Below are positions 36,049 to 47,722 of a stretch of DNA of 64,000 nt, piece after piece. The notes under the pieces were generated by a model. The model worked only from the letters and a program-made list of their open reading frames with translations, had not been told where the DNA came from and did not search any database. Source of the DNA: Felis catus (Eukaryota). The translations under genes were made by a program, and so were the position numbers. Positions within the stretch are counted from its first letter, which is position 1; every line of letters starts with the position of its first letter. The stretch covers positions 119,102,001 to 119,166,000 of the forward strand of contig NC_058370.1 of the NCBI RefSeq assembly GCF_018350175.1. The letters are read 5' to 3'.

Positions 36049-36183
36049 ACAAAGGAAAGAGAGTTTGTTCTCTAGAACTCCTCAAATTCCCCCAAGCTTC
36101 CACTTCCTGAACTTGCCATTAATAATATTTTGGTGTCTTCCAAGTTGAATGATTTATTTCCCATTTAAATCTTCCATTTATTC

Positions 36184-36505
36184 TCCCTCTCTCTGCCCCT
36201 TCCTCTCTCCCTCCCCGGCCAAATAAATAAATAAACATTAAAAAACAAAAAAAAAACCTTACTCTCTGGGGCACCTGGGTGGCTCAGTCAGTTAGGTTAG
36301 GCGTCCGACTTCAGGTCATGATGTCACAGTTCGTGGGTTCGAGCCCTGTGTCGGACGCTGTGCTGACAGCTCGGAGCCTGAAACCTGCTTTGGATTCTGT
36401 GTGTGTGTGTGTGTCTCTCTCTCTGCCCCTCCCCCCACGCCCACTCTGTCCCTCCTTCTCTGTCTCTAATGTTTAAATAAACATTAACAATTTTTTTAAA
36501 AATAA
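36184..36505 (+). mobile_element. SINE 3' tail fragment (36184-36256) plus full CanSINE (36268-36505) inside one TSD
   Basis: Outer TSD AAATCTTCCATTTATTC / AAATCTTCCATCTATTC. Confidence 0.9.
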
Positions 36506-37611
36506 AAATCTTCCATCTATTCAAAGATTTATTCTCTGTTTCTAGCCCCACTCGGAACAATCCTACTCCCCCAGGGCAATGTAAATAGAAAACTAAAGAA
36601 CTGGTTTAAATATCTCTTTGGATGAGCCAGTCCCCTCTATGCAAATGTTCAAAATTTCAGATTTTGCACCCACTTCTCTACCCCATGTCAGTATCTGGCC
36701 ACATGAGGACACTCCCCTGGCCATGGGGAGACATCCTTGGATCCATACTTGTTCTATACACTTTTGCTGGAGTCCCATGAGGCACGATAGTCACACCTGG
36801 CCTTCTGGGTAATGTGCTGACATGCATTATGGGAGTTGCAGTGTCCCATTTCTTCCTGGGAAGGTGCCTTAGTGGACTCTTCATCCTGGACAGGCCTTTG
36901 CTGGAGCTCTCTGCCTCTCCAATCCTCTCCCTGGGGCATGTGAGAGCTTCTGGGTCCCCACAATGGCCAGGGAAGGCAGGGTCCTGCCTTGGTCTTGCCT
37001 CCCTGACCACTGAGGCACCTTTGTTCTGCACCCCGCTGGATGGGGCGGACTTCTAGAGGTGTCAGGCCCCCTCCTCCACCCTCCACAATCGGTGAGCTCA
37101 GGGAAGCATGACTCAAGCGCCTGAGATTCTCGGCACCCCTGCACCCTCGTCCTTGGGTAGTGAGCTCATGATGGTGAGATGTCCTTGCTATCTTCTTCAT
37201 CCTCTTTGTCCCCAAGACCAGGAGGGCAAACCTTTCATCCTTTTTCTCTATGCCTGCTGGGGATGCCCCTACAGAGTCCAGGATCTACACCGCCTAGGCC
37301 TGCCTCTTGCCACAACAAAGGAATTTAGAAAATCCTTTCTCCAGACAAAGGGTGGCTTTCTAGTCTCCTTGGTCGCTGGGAACTCAAACATAAACGTGGT
37401 TGATGTTCAAAGCTGGGCAGTGACTTGCTCTAGCAAGATCTACCCTCGCCTCCCACAGTGGGTGGGACCCCCTGGGCTCCAAGACTCACAGGCTGAGGAA
37501 ATAGATCTGAAACTATTTCAAAATATAATCCCATTTACATGCTCCTCTAATGATATATATGGTGGCTTACTGTGTGCCAGTTGCTAAGTTAGGACATAAA
37601 CACTCCTTGAA

Positions 37612-38497
37612 ATTATTTTTAATAACTGCTTTATTAAGCTATAATTGCCATACCACACGGTTTAGTCTTAAAGTGAACAACTCAATATTTTTCACTGTAT
37701 TCAGAGAGTTGTACAAACATCACCCCTATCCAATTTTAGAATATTTTCATCACCCCCAAAAGAAACCCCATACTCATTAGCAGTAAACCACCCCCGCCCC
37801 CCGTATTCCCTCCCCCCCAGATCCTGGAAATTACTAATCTACTTTCTGTATCTATGGATTTGTCTGTTTGTAGACATTTCATGTAAATGAGCTTTCCTCA
37901 TTTAATATAATGTTTTTAAGCTTTATCCATGTTGCACTGTGTATCATTACTTCATTTATTTTTATTGCCAGTTAATGCTCCGTTGTATGGATATGTCGTA
38001 TTTTATTTATGCATTCATCAGTTGGTGAGCATTTGGGCTGTCTCCACTTTTTGGCTGTTATGAAGAATGCTATAAACGTTCATGTACAAGTTTTTATGTG
38101 GACAAATGTTTTTATTTCTCTCGGGTACATAGCCAGAAGTGGAACCGCTGGGTCATATGGTAACCTGCTTAACATTTTGAGGACGTGTCGAACTCTTTTC
38201 CAAAGTGGCTGCACCATTTAACATTCCCACCAGCAGCATGGGAGGGTTCCAATTTGTCCACATCCTCAGCAACACTTACTGTCTGTTGGTTTTGGCCATC
38301 CTAGCAGGCGAGCTATGGTGTCTTGCTGTGGTTTTTAGTCTGCATCTCCCTGATGGCTAATGACGTTAGCATCTTTTCATGCACTCGTTGGCCATTCGTG
38401 TATCTTCTTTGGAGAAACATCTATTCAAATCCTTTGTCCATTTGTTACTTGGCTATATGTCTTTTTATTGTTGAGTATATTCTGGATACAGATTCCT
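37612..38497 (-). mobile_element. L1MB-like 3' end (ORF2 C-terminus and 3' UTR)
   Basis: TTTTAGAATATTTTCATCACCCCCAAAAGAAACCCC; TTTTCCAAAGTGGCTGCACCATTT..ATTCCCACCAGCAG; CTTCTTTGGAGAAAC. Confidence 0.92.
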
Positions 38498-38822
38498 CTT
38501 TGGCCCCTTTTGGATTTTAAGAGACCTCTAAATCAAGGTCAGACCAGGGGTTGCCGCTTTGATAGTCTGTAGAGTTCACCGCAAGGTAACAGAAACCTTG
38601 CAAAGAATGCATTGCACCCCCATGCAGAGGGTTCACGCAGGGGCAGACCTTGGAGAAGAAGGAGTTGGAACTGCCGGGGCAGGCCTGGGCCTGCTCTCTG
38701 TTCAGTTACACCCTTTTCAAAACCCCTGTTGGAGAAGAGTCTGAGAGATTTAACAGGCTGGAGGTGGGTGGGGAAGTTGGTTGGTTAGTGTATTGAAGGT
38801 GGAATCCATTTGGGGCATTTTT

Positions 38823-38838
38823 TTCCTTTCCTTTCTTT

Positions 38839-38869
<31 letters not shown>
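38823..38869. repeat. (TTTC)n-rich tract
   Basis: Directly visible. Confidence 0.9.
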
Positions 38870-39404
38870 AGCATAGGCTTTTATTTCTTGGGCAAATGAG
38901 ATGGTACATAGAAAAGCATTTTGGAATTACAAAGGGATATGCAAATGTAAGGTGATATTATTGCTTCTAGTGTTCTATGTAGGAACCGATGAAAACGCTC
39001 TCTAGAAAGAAATCACAGAGCCTGCCTGGGGGGTGGGGGGTGAGCAGGGTTTTAGGGGCAACGTGGGGGATGAAAAGGAAAGGAAAGAGGAGGGTGGGAG
39101 AGTTTCCAGACATTAGTTACTTCTGTGTGTGCGTGCATGTGTGCGTTTGTGTGTGTGAGAGAGACGGACAAGAAGACCTTTGTGATTTCTGCCATGTTCT
39201 TTTACCACCTGCGTGATTATCTATTTGATAGTTCTCTTTGAATGGGCTCCTCTTTCTTTTAATTAAATATGTTTACAAAGGAAACTTTATATCACAGTTC
39301 TACATGGCAGACCTGCTTCATTTTCAAACTGGAATGTGTCATATAAACAAACAGAACAAAAACCAAAGTGTTATTTAATGCTATCTGGATGCCGTCGTCT
39401 CCTA

Positions 39405-39650
39405 GGCCTGGAAAAACTGCTCCCTGCTGGCTCACCTCTCCTTGTCACTCAGGCCTCTGCTCAAAGGGTGCCTCCCGGGGGCGGAGGGCCTCTCTAAGCC
39501 TACCCCTCTCCATCCTTGCTTCCTTTCTTTGACAGTGCTCATCACTATCTAAGGGACATCGTTTTTCCCATGTGTGTCTGGCTCTGAGCAGGCAGGGGCT
39601 GTCCTATTCCCTATTTCCACTCCCTAGCTCAGTAGTTGCCGAATGAGTAG
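39405..39650 (+). mobile_element. LINE-2 3' fragment
   Basis: TCACTCAGGCCTCTGCTCAAA...GTGCTCATCACTATCT...GGCAGGGGCTGT. Confidence 0.6.
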
Positions 39651-40111
39651 CTAATCTAAGCTGCAAAGTATTCTCTAGTTTGTTTTTCTCCTCTTAGCGT
39701 GTGTCAACCGGACAGTGCCACACTGCTATTTGCACCTTGCTGTGACGGGGGGGACTGCGCAAGGCTTGAGAACGAAGCGGCCTTTTTGAGTGTGATCCCA
39801 CAGCGCCTCCCCCCCCACCCCGAGCCTCCCAGGCCGCGCTGTGGGAACCCCCCAGGCCACAGCCGCAATGCAGGCTTCGGATCCTCATTTGCCCATTGGC
39901 CAGCTGAGTGACCCCACGGCATCACTGAGCCGCCCCTATGTCCGCCTTCCCCAGAGTAAAAGGACCCATTCCGTCCCCTGCCAGCCTCACAGACACACCA
40001 GGCGGAGAAGCTGTTCAAAGGGAGCAGCAGCTCAAAGGACTTTCCAGAAGATGGGATGCAAGTACTGACACCGCCTGCTAAGATATCCTACCCCTTTTCC
40101 CCAGGCCCGAC

Positions 40112-40358
40112 TTTTTTTTTTTTTTTTTAATTTAAAAAAAAAATTTTTTTTTCAACGTTTTTTATTTATTTTTGGGACAGAGAGAGACAGAGCATGAACG
40201 GGGGAGGGGCAGAGAGAGAGGGAGACACAGAATCGGAAACAGGCTCCAGGCTCCGAACCATCAGCCCAGAGCCCGACGCGGGGCTCGAACTCACGGACCG
40301 CGAGATCGTGACCTGGCTGAAGTCGGACGCTCAACCGACTGCACCACCCAGGCGCCCC
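40112..40358 (-). mobile_element. Young felid CanSINE with long T/A tail
   Basis: CGCGAGATCGTGACCTGGCTGAAGTCGG; TSD approx. CCC(G/A)ACTTTT. Confidence 0.97.
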
Positions 40359-41311
40359 TCCCCAACTTTTAAAAGTAATGATGTAATTCAACTCTTTACT
40401 GAGCACTCAGTAAATTTACAATTTCGTTGTATTCTTTCAATAATCCTCCGAAGTGGGGATTTATTGTTCCCATTATACAGATGAGTTTAGAATATAGTTT
40501 GGTGATTTGCCCGAGGTGACGCAGCCGGCTTAGGTTCTCGACCATGACGTTGTAACAACCACAGAAATGTTACCACCTCCACGAAGACTTCCTGCCCCGC
40601 ATGGTTTCCACTTCTAAATGCCCGTAATTCTGCACTATTACCTCTCTGGTGGAATCCACTCAATCTCCCTTGGGGTGTGCGTGTGTGTGTGTGTGTGTGT
40701 GTGGCAAGTATCTGTTTCTTGAGGGCTGAAATCATCCACTCATCTCTCCCAGGGTCAAGCCGCGTACTTGGCACACTGTGGCTACTCCACCTGTGTCCCC
40801 AAGTAAATCAAGGACCGGAGGCTCCTGGATTTCTTCCACCAGGCTCCGTCTCGGAGGAGGACAGATGAGGAAAAATGAGCAGCTGTATTTCCAGAGATAT
40901 AAATTAGCTCCATCAGAAAGCCCCTGGGATGTTTACCTAGGAGAGCGTGTGGAAAGACATGGGCTTGAACCAGGAGACCGACACTGGCACAGTGAGGGCG
41001 GACGTGAAGACCCTCCCGGAGGCAGGGCAGGGAACAGGGCTTTGGGAGGACCCTCCTGGCCTTAGCATTGATGGCCTGTGCTGGACTTCTCCACCTTTCC
41101 AGATTCACTCTCTACCTGTTCCTCATCCTCACAGGAGAGTAGAGGAAGAGGAGAGAGTGACGTCGGGCTCTTTATTCCGTGTGCATGGGTCAGGGCGGAT
41201 AACGGCTCTGTGGTTACTAGCCCAGGAATCTGCGCTATCCTGGGTGGTTTCCCTACACCCGGACCTTGCCGTTGTGGTGAGTCCCTTTGTCAGAACCGCT
41301 TCAAGTTCTCC

Positions 41312-42164
41312 TTTTTTTAAATATCGTTTGTTGTCAAGCTAGCTGACAACAGCGTGCACAGTGTGCTCTTGGCTTTGGGGATAGATTCCCATGATTCATC
41401 GCTTTACATACGACACCCAGTGCTCATCCCAACAAGTGCCCTCCTCAATGCGCATCACCCGTTTTCCCTTCTCCCCACCCCCACCCACCCTCAGTTTGTA
41501 CTCTGTATTTAAGAGTCTCTTATGGTTTGTCTCCCTCTCTGTTTGAAACTATGTTTTCCCCTTCCCCTCCCCCATGGTCTCCTGTTAAGTTTCTCAAGTT
41601 CCACAGATGAGTGAAAACATATGGTATCTGTCTTTCTCTGACTGATTTATTTCACTTAGCATAATACCCTCCAGTTCCATCCACGTTGCTGCAAATGGCA
41701 GGATTTCATTCTTTCTCATTGCCAAGTAGTATTCCATTGTATATATAAACCACATCTTTATCCATTCATCAGTTGATGGACATTTGGGCTCTTTCCATAA
41801 TTTGGCTACTGTTGAAAGTGCTGTTATAAACATTGGAGTACATGTGCTCCTACGAATCAGCACTCCTGTACCCTTTGGGCAAATTCCTAGGAGGGTTATT
41901 GCCGGGTCATGGGGTAATCCTATTTAAAAAAATTTTTTTTTTAATTTAACGTCTATTCATTTTTGAGAGATAGAGACAGAGCATGAGCGGGGAAGGGGCA
42001 GAGAGAGGGAGACACAGAATCTGAAGCAGGAGAATTTGTGCTGACAACACAGCCCGATGCGGGGCTTGAACTCACGAACTGCGAGATCATGACCCGAGCT
42101 GAAGCCGGACGCTCAACCGCCTGAGCCACCCAGGCGCCCCTGGGTAGTTCTAGTTGTAATTTCT
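41312..42164 (-). mobile_element. Felid/carnivore L1 3' end (ORF2 C-terminus and 3' UTR)
   Basis: ORF 41594-41863(-) TCTPMFITALSTVAKLWKEPKCPSTDEWIK.MWFIYTMEYY...ATWMELEGIMLSEI; TSD CTTCAAGTT. Confidence 0.95.
41926..42140 (-). mobile_element. Felid CanSINE nested in L1
   Basis: Degenerate TSD TGGGGTAATCCTATT / TGGGTAGTTCTAGTT. Confidence 0.95.
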
Positions 42165-42329
42165 TCTTCAAGTTATTCTGATTTGAGCGTGCCTTCTATT
42201 CCTGAAGGGACCCTGGCTGATGGCGGGGAATGCCCTTTTCTGTACTCTTTTAGTCATTTCTTGAAGTCGGGGTCTATGCTTATTCATCACTATGTCCCCA
42301 CACTTGGCACCGTACTTGGGATGTGGTTC

Positions 42330-42545
42330 TAATAGCTAACTCAGATTATTGAGCACCTATAATGTGCCAACATTGTCACCTGTATTAACTCAAATAATCC
42401 TCACAAGAATCCCACAATTATCACCTTCATTTTACTGTTGAGGAAAGTAAGATCCAGAGAGGCTGAGTACCTAGCCCAAGGTCACATGTCTTGTCAGCAC
42501 GTAGCAGAGCTGGGGTTTGAACCCAGCCGGTGTGACTCCTGAGCC
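42330..42545 (-). mobile_element. MIR, near full length
   Basis: TTATTGAGCACCTA..TGTGCCA...AATCCTCACAA...GAGGAAA...GCCCAAGGTCACA...GCAGAGCTGGGGTTTGAACCCAG. Confidence 0.88.
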
Positions 42546-44297
42546 AACAGGATGACTCTCAACCCCGCCAGTGGGTTGCCTTCTGGTTGTCGTTTCGGTG
42601 TGAGGCGGGTGATGCCTATTAGCCTTGGGAACCCAAAGAATCTGTTTCTTTGCCCACTCAGAGGCTCAATCGAGTAGAATGGGCAGAAGGTGGAATGTAG
42701 GTCACCATGGCAACCGGATCACCTGGTCACATTACCTGCTGGGCCCTTGGGGCTGTGGTCCTACTGCAGCACAGAGAAGGGGGGGTTGGCATGGGGCAAT
42801 GTTTGAGGCACCAGATGCACTGGGAGGACCTGGAAGAATACCAGGTGGGTAGATCGGCCAGGAGATTCTGGGAAGAGCGGGGAGCTTCCCGAAGCAGGTG
42901 GAGAGTTTCCCAGGCAAGGATGTGGTGGCCATTGAACCTGCGTCCATGTGAGCCCTGGCCAGTACTCTGAGGCTCCCTCCCCCATTTGTCTCCTGCTCCA
43001 GAGCCCAGGGTTTTAGTTGTGGCTTCAATCCTCTCTCCATGTTGTCAGAGCCTGGGGAGGAGAGAAGGGCACCATTTTCTCCTCTGCCACCACTGGGGGC
43101 GTCCCCTGCAGAGGGCTGGGATGCCTCCATTTCACCAGCTACGGGATGAGAAAATGGGCTTCTCCTTCCCAGTCCCTGAAGCTCCCCATTCCGCAGGGGG
43201 CCGGGGTAGGGCCGGACGGAGTGGGCAGGTCATCTCTCTGTGGTTTGTTGTAGGCCCTGACCTTCCTGACCAGGAATGAAATCCTGTGGTGAGTAGAGGG
43301 GCCCCTTGCCTCCCCTTGGGCTGAGGTCTCATCCTGGTACGGCCCCGTGCTGGTCCCTGAGTGTGGTTCCTGCCCAGTGCTGTGGAGCCCCGGAGATGAG
43401 GCTGGAACAGGGAGGGCAGAGACAGAACCCAGTCAGGAGAGCTGACACCGTGATTCCCAGGGCCCAGCTTGAGTTGAGTGAAACCTCAGGCGTTAAGCCA
43501 CTATGGGATCCAACGCAGGGTTTCTTCACATAATCATGGAAGTGGACAGGGCCTCCTCGGGGTGATGGGGGAAGGAAGAAAGGACTTAGGAAACAGGTCA
43601 GAAGCCTGGCTGGATAAACTTGGATGCATTACTGAATCGCTCTAAGCCCAGGCTCCCTCTCCAAGCCTCTCTTCAGGGCCTGGAATGTGCCCTGTGAGGA
43701 CCCTGGGAGCATAATGGGGAACAGCCCACAGTCCCTGTTGTCATGCGGGTTGCTGTCCAGCAAGGAAGGCTCCGGGCCAAAGACAAGCGTCATGCAGCAT
43801 GGAGAGGCTGCAGGCGCCCTCCTCATCGGATTGCAGAGAGAGTGACTGGCTTGGTGTGTGAGTGCTCCGTCCGGGCCCAGAAGGTTGACTGGAAGTCCCA
43901 TGTGACTCCTTCCCTTGCTCTGCCAACCGCTCAGCACCCCTTCCCCAGCCCAGCAGAAGAGAGGTGCTTACCATCTGGACAGAGCCGAGCACACAGGCTC
44001 CAGCCTCAGGGCCGCCAGGCCCAGTGATAAGCAGGGACGAGCTCCGGGTCAGCGTCTTTGAGCCCCACTTGTTAGGTTTGAATTGGAAGCTGAGGGACAC
44101 TAGCTATTTGAAGAGAACAATTTAAAGCCTACGTTAAATCATGTCATCATAACATTTCCGAACACCAGAGATAACAAGAGCCTAAAAACCTCTGTAGAGA
44201 AAAAAACAGAGACAAAAGACATACAGAGGACCAGGAATCAGAATGGTTTGGGACTTGGAAAGGTTGGAAGACAGCCGCAAAAGACCTTCGGAATTAT

Positions 44298-44533
44298 TAT
44301 TATTTTTTAAAGCTTTTTTATTTATTTATTAAGAGAGAGACAGAGAGGAGAGAGAGAGAGTGAGCGAGCCAGCGGGGGAGGGGCAGAGAGAGGGGGAGGG
44401 AGAGAATCCCAAGCAGGCTCCACGCTGTCAGTGCAAAGCCCGATGTGGGGCTCGAACTCACAAACTGTGAGATCGTGACCTGAGCCCAAGTCAAGAGTCA
44501 GATACTTAACCAACTGAGCCCCCCAGGCGCCCC
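44298..44533 (-). mobile_element. CanSINE (older type)
   Basis: TSD AAGACCTTCGGAATTAT / AAGACCTTCCAAATTAT. Confidence 0.96.
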
Positions 44534-44641
44534 AAGACCTTCCAAATTATAAGGAAAAAATCCCAATATAGAATTAAGTCATAGCTAACCTATTAATCAA
44601 AAGTGAAGGTGAAGTGACTATTTTTTGACATGCAAATTATT

Positions 44642-44855
44642 ATTATTTTTTTCAACGTTTATTTATTTTTGGGACAGAGAGAGACAGAGCATGAATGGGG
44701 GAGGGGCAGAGAGAGAGGGAGACACAGAATCGGAAACAGGCTCCAGGCTCTGAGCCATCAGCCCAGAGCCCGATGCGGGGCTCGAACTCACAGACCGCAA
44801 GATCGTGACCTGGCTGAAGTTGGACGCTTAACCGACTGCGCCACCCAGGCGCCCC
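44642..44855 (-). mobile_element. Young felid CanSINE
   Basis: Perfect TSD ACATGCAAATTATT. Confidence 0.98.
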
Positions 44856-46104
44856 AACATGCAAATTATTTTTAAGAAGTACCTCTTATGCATGCTGTCT
44901 GAGGAAGCTTTTGGAGGACATGCTCCATTAAAACTAGTAAGGAAACTGTGTTACTCTGGTAAACTAGACTGGTATATACAGGGTACTTCCGTTTTTGTAA
45001 AACATAAGGTTCTACATGCACATACACACACACAAAGGGAAGATCTCTGGAAGGACACACACAGCGTGCACGCGGCGATCATAGGTTAGCTTGTCGGAAG
45101 GGACCCGGAGGACTGACCGTATCAGTGTTAGTGTCGGTGCCTTGTCTGGAAAGCGAAGGGGCAGCTTTGACACGGACACCCAGTGGCACTTGCAGTGGCT
45201 TAGGAAGCTGATGGCACCGGAGAAGGTGGCCAAGTTCGGCTAGACTAAGCCCCAGTCGCTTTTAGACAGTTTTCCTATGTGGCCTCTGAAGACGTGTTGT
45301 GATTTTCCTACTAATGTGACAAAGAAATGCGGCCTGGATGGCAATGCAGTTGGATAGATCAGTGCATTTGAAAAAAAGTATCCAGGACACCACCAGACAG
45401 GAGTAACCTCCAGAGGGTGGCTCTGCCTCATCTAGTATGTTCCCACGCTCTTACCTGTGACTTGCATAGGCCATAGAGGCCTGGTCACCAGATCTGCAGG
45501 GGATGCACGCTGGGAGGGCAGACCACATGTGACAGGTTCTGGTCCTCGAGCCCGCCCCTTCCCTGTGCCAGGCTGCCTGGGCTTGGCTTCCAGGAAGGGG
45601 TCTGTCCACCCTAAGTTTCTAGCCTGTGGGGATTTTCTATCTCATCTCGTTGGTCTTTTAAAGAGAAAGTCCCTTTCAGCCTCAGTTCCAGGTCAGCCCT
45701 CCCTGACTTCTGATTGAATTGCTCCCGGAGAAGCCTTCCAGATGTCTCTTTGGGCTCGGTGCACCAGCCCTCGCAGGCTCTTATCTGCAGCTGTGGCTGC
45801 GGACTCTGCCTCTGGGGCCTGAGCCGAAGAGGGCACGCGTGGCTTCCTTTTGACCTCCACGGTTGGAGCCCAGGTCGGCCCGCCTCCGTCTGAGCAGTTT
45901 GGATTACTCTGTAACCCTCAGTGACCTCTCCTGCCATGATCTCGGGCTGCATGTAGGTCCGCTTTGGGAGCCTGAAGCTTTGCCCCCAGCCCCTGCCATG
46001 AGGCCGCTCTTTCCTCTTAGCGCCCCTGAGTGCCCAACACTTTCTAGCCTCCAGGCCCCATCCTGGCCATTAGCGCTGGTCCTCCTGGGGCACCAGAAGG
46101 TCAG

Positions 46105-46390
46105 CAGGCAGAGTGGTTACAAGCTTGCTTCCTTGAAGCCAGAGGCCTGCGTTCGTTCGAGACTCAGCTCTGCCACCTTCTAGCTCTGTGACGTTTCTTA
46201 CCTTTGCTGAGCCTTTGCTCAACCTGTTCCCACACTTATAAAAAGCATGATATCAAGTCCTGGAACCTAACCCCGCATGGTTGTTATTAGGACAATTAAG
46301 TGATCGAATGCATGTCAGGGGGTTAGAGCAGCCCCCGGCACGTGGGTCAGTGTTGACTATGTGGTATAGCTGTTATTTTCATGCTATTAT
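46105..46390 (+). mobile_element. MIR, near full length
   Basis: AGTGGTTA..AGC...CAGCTCTGCCAC..CTAGCTCTGTGAC...GGTTGTT...GGCACGTGG...AGCTGTTATT. Confidence 0.8.
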
Positions 46391-47464
46391 TATCTCTCTC
46401 TCTGTCTTTTTTTTTTTTTTTTTTTCTTTTGCAATGAAGAAACTGGCTCAGAGAAATGAAGTGATTTGCCCAAGCCACACAGCTTGAAAGGAGCAGACCA
46501 TAAAAGCCACCTTTTCAGGCTAAAGATAGGGCTATTTATAAAATACCTTCAGGCTGTGCTGTTGGGCAAAGAACTATTGACCCCATGGCCCGGGGAGCTG
46601 AGCCCAGAGGAAACGAGTAGATGCGGAGACTGGCAACGGAGCCGCGTTCTCAGTCCCGCCTGGACAAGAGGAACACGAGAGCTCGAGGGACTCAGAGGTC
46701 CTGCCCCCTCCCTGGCCTTGAATGAGAGCCTCTAGGGGTGGGCCCGGGTCCTTTCACAGAGTCTCCACAGGTTTCTAACGTGGGACCCAGTTGAACACCA
46801 CTACAGAGGGCCTCAGAGGCAAGGGTGCAGAGAAGGGTACAGAAGCAGCCGTAGGATGCCCGAACTGGAGGGCGCTGGGGGCGGGAGGGATGGTTGAGTC
46901 TCTCATTCTACAGAGGGGAAACTGAGGCACAAGAAGGGATTGTGGCAGGTCCAAGGTCCCGCGGAGTGTGAGCTGCAGGGCTGGTCTCCCCTGTCTTGGG
47001 GCCTCTGAGCCCGCCGACGGCCCCTCCCCTCGTCTGGGAGGGAGCCACAGCATGGGTTCCTTGATTTCTGGCAGGCTGAATGTGTGAGTTTTTCAAATGG
47101 CTTTGACTCTTGAGTCCATTAGTGATTAATTCAGAGTTCCATTTAGAGCCGGCTGATCCATATTTGGAGGAGGAGAACGTTTTGTGGCAGCTGAGATGCA
47201 GCCACGATTCATCTGCGGGCAGCCCACCCACTCGGAGGCCTGGGATGGCATGAAATCTGGGCAAGGCCCTCCCCACAGCAGCCCTCCCCGCCAGAAAGCT
47301 CTGGGGGGAGGGCGGGGCCAAGGAACTGACACCTGGGTAGGGGTGGATCCTTGGGGGTGGGGGCTGCACAGCCTGAAGAACCCGCTGTGGGGTTCGGGCC
47401 ACTCCCGTGGGGAGCCAGGGAGCAGTCCATCCTGGGCGCCCGCCATAATGGCGCAGGACCTCAG

Positions 47465-47594
47465 NNNNNNNNNNNNNNNNNNNNNNNNNNNNNNNNNNNN
47501 NNNNNNNNNNNNNNNNNNNNNNNNNNNNNNNNNNNNNNNNNNNNNNNNNNNNNNNNNNNNNNNNNNNNNNNNNNNNNNNNNNNNNNNNNNNNNN
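47465..47594. other. Assembly gap (130 N) covering a SINE tail
   Basis: Run of N. Confidence 1.
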
Positions 47595-47722
47595 TTCAGG
47601 CTCCAGGCCCCAGGCTCTGAGCTGTCAGTGCAGAGCCTGACGCGGGTCTGGAACTCGCTAACTGTGAGATCATGACCTGAGCTGAAGTCGGAGGCTTCAC
47701 TCACTGAGCCACCCAGGCGCCC
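47595..47722 (-). mobile_element. Felid CanSINE 5' half (3' half in gap)
   Basis: GAGATCATGACCTGAGCTGAAGTCGG...CACCCAGGCGCCC; flank GGACCTCA duplicated. Confidence 0.93.

Larger units (their letters stand above)
44130..44930 (+). mobile_element. HAL1/L1ME-type ORF1 C-terminal remnant split by two SINEs
   Basis: Conceptual HVIITFPNTRD...EKK...GIRM..D..., AAGACCTTC..AATT, TTAATCAAAAGTGAAGG...TTTTGACATGCAA, RKLLEDML. Confidence 0.7.

Noticed and set aside
41594-41863. Well-preserved 89-aa ORF
   Set aside because: It is the C-terminus of a 5'-truncated L1 ORF2 with no promoter or RT domain.
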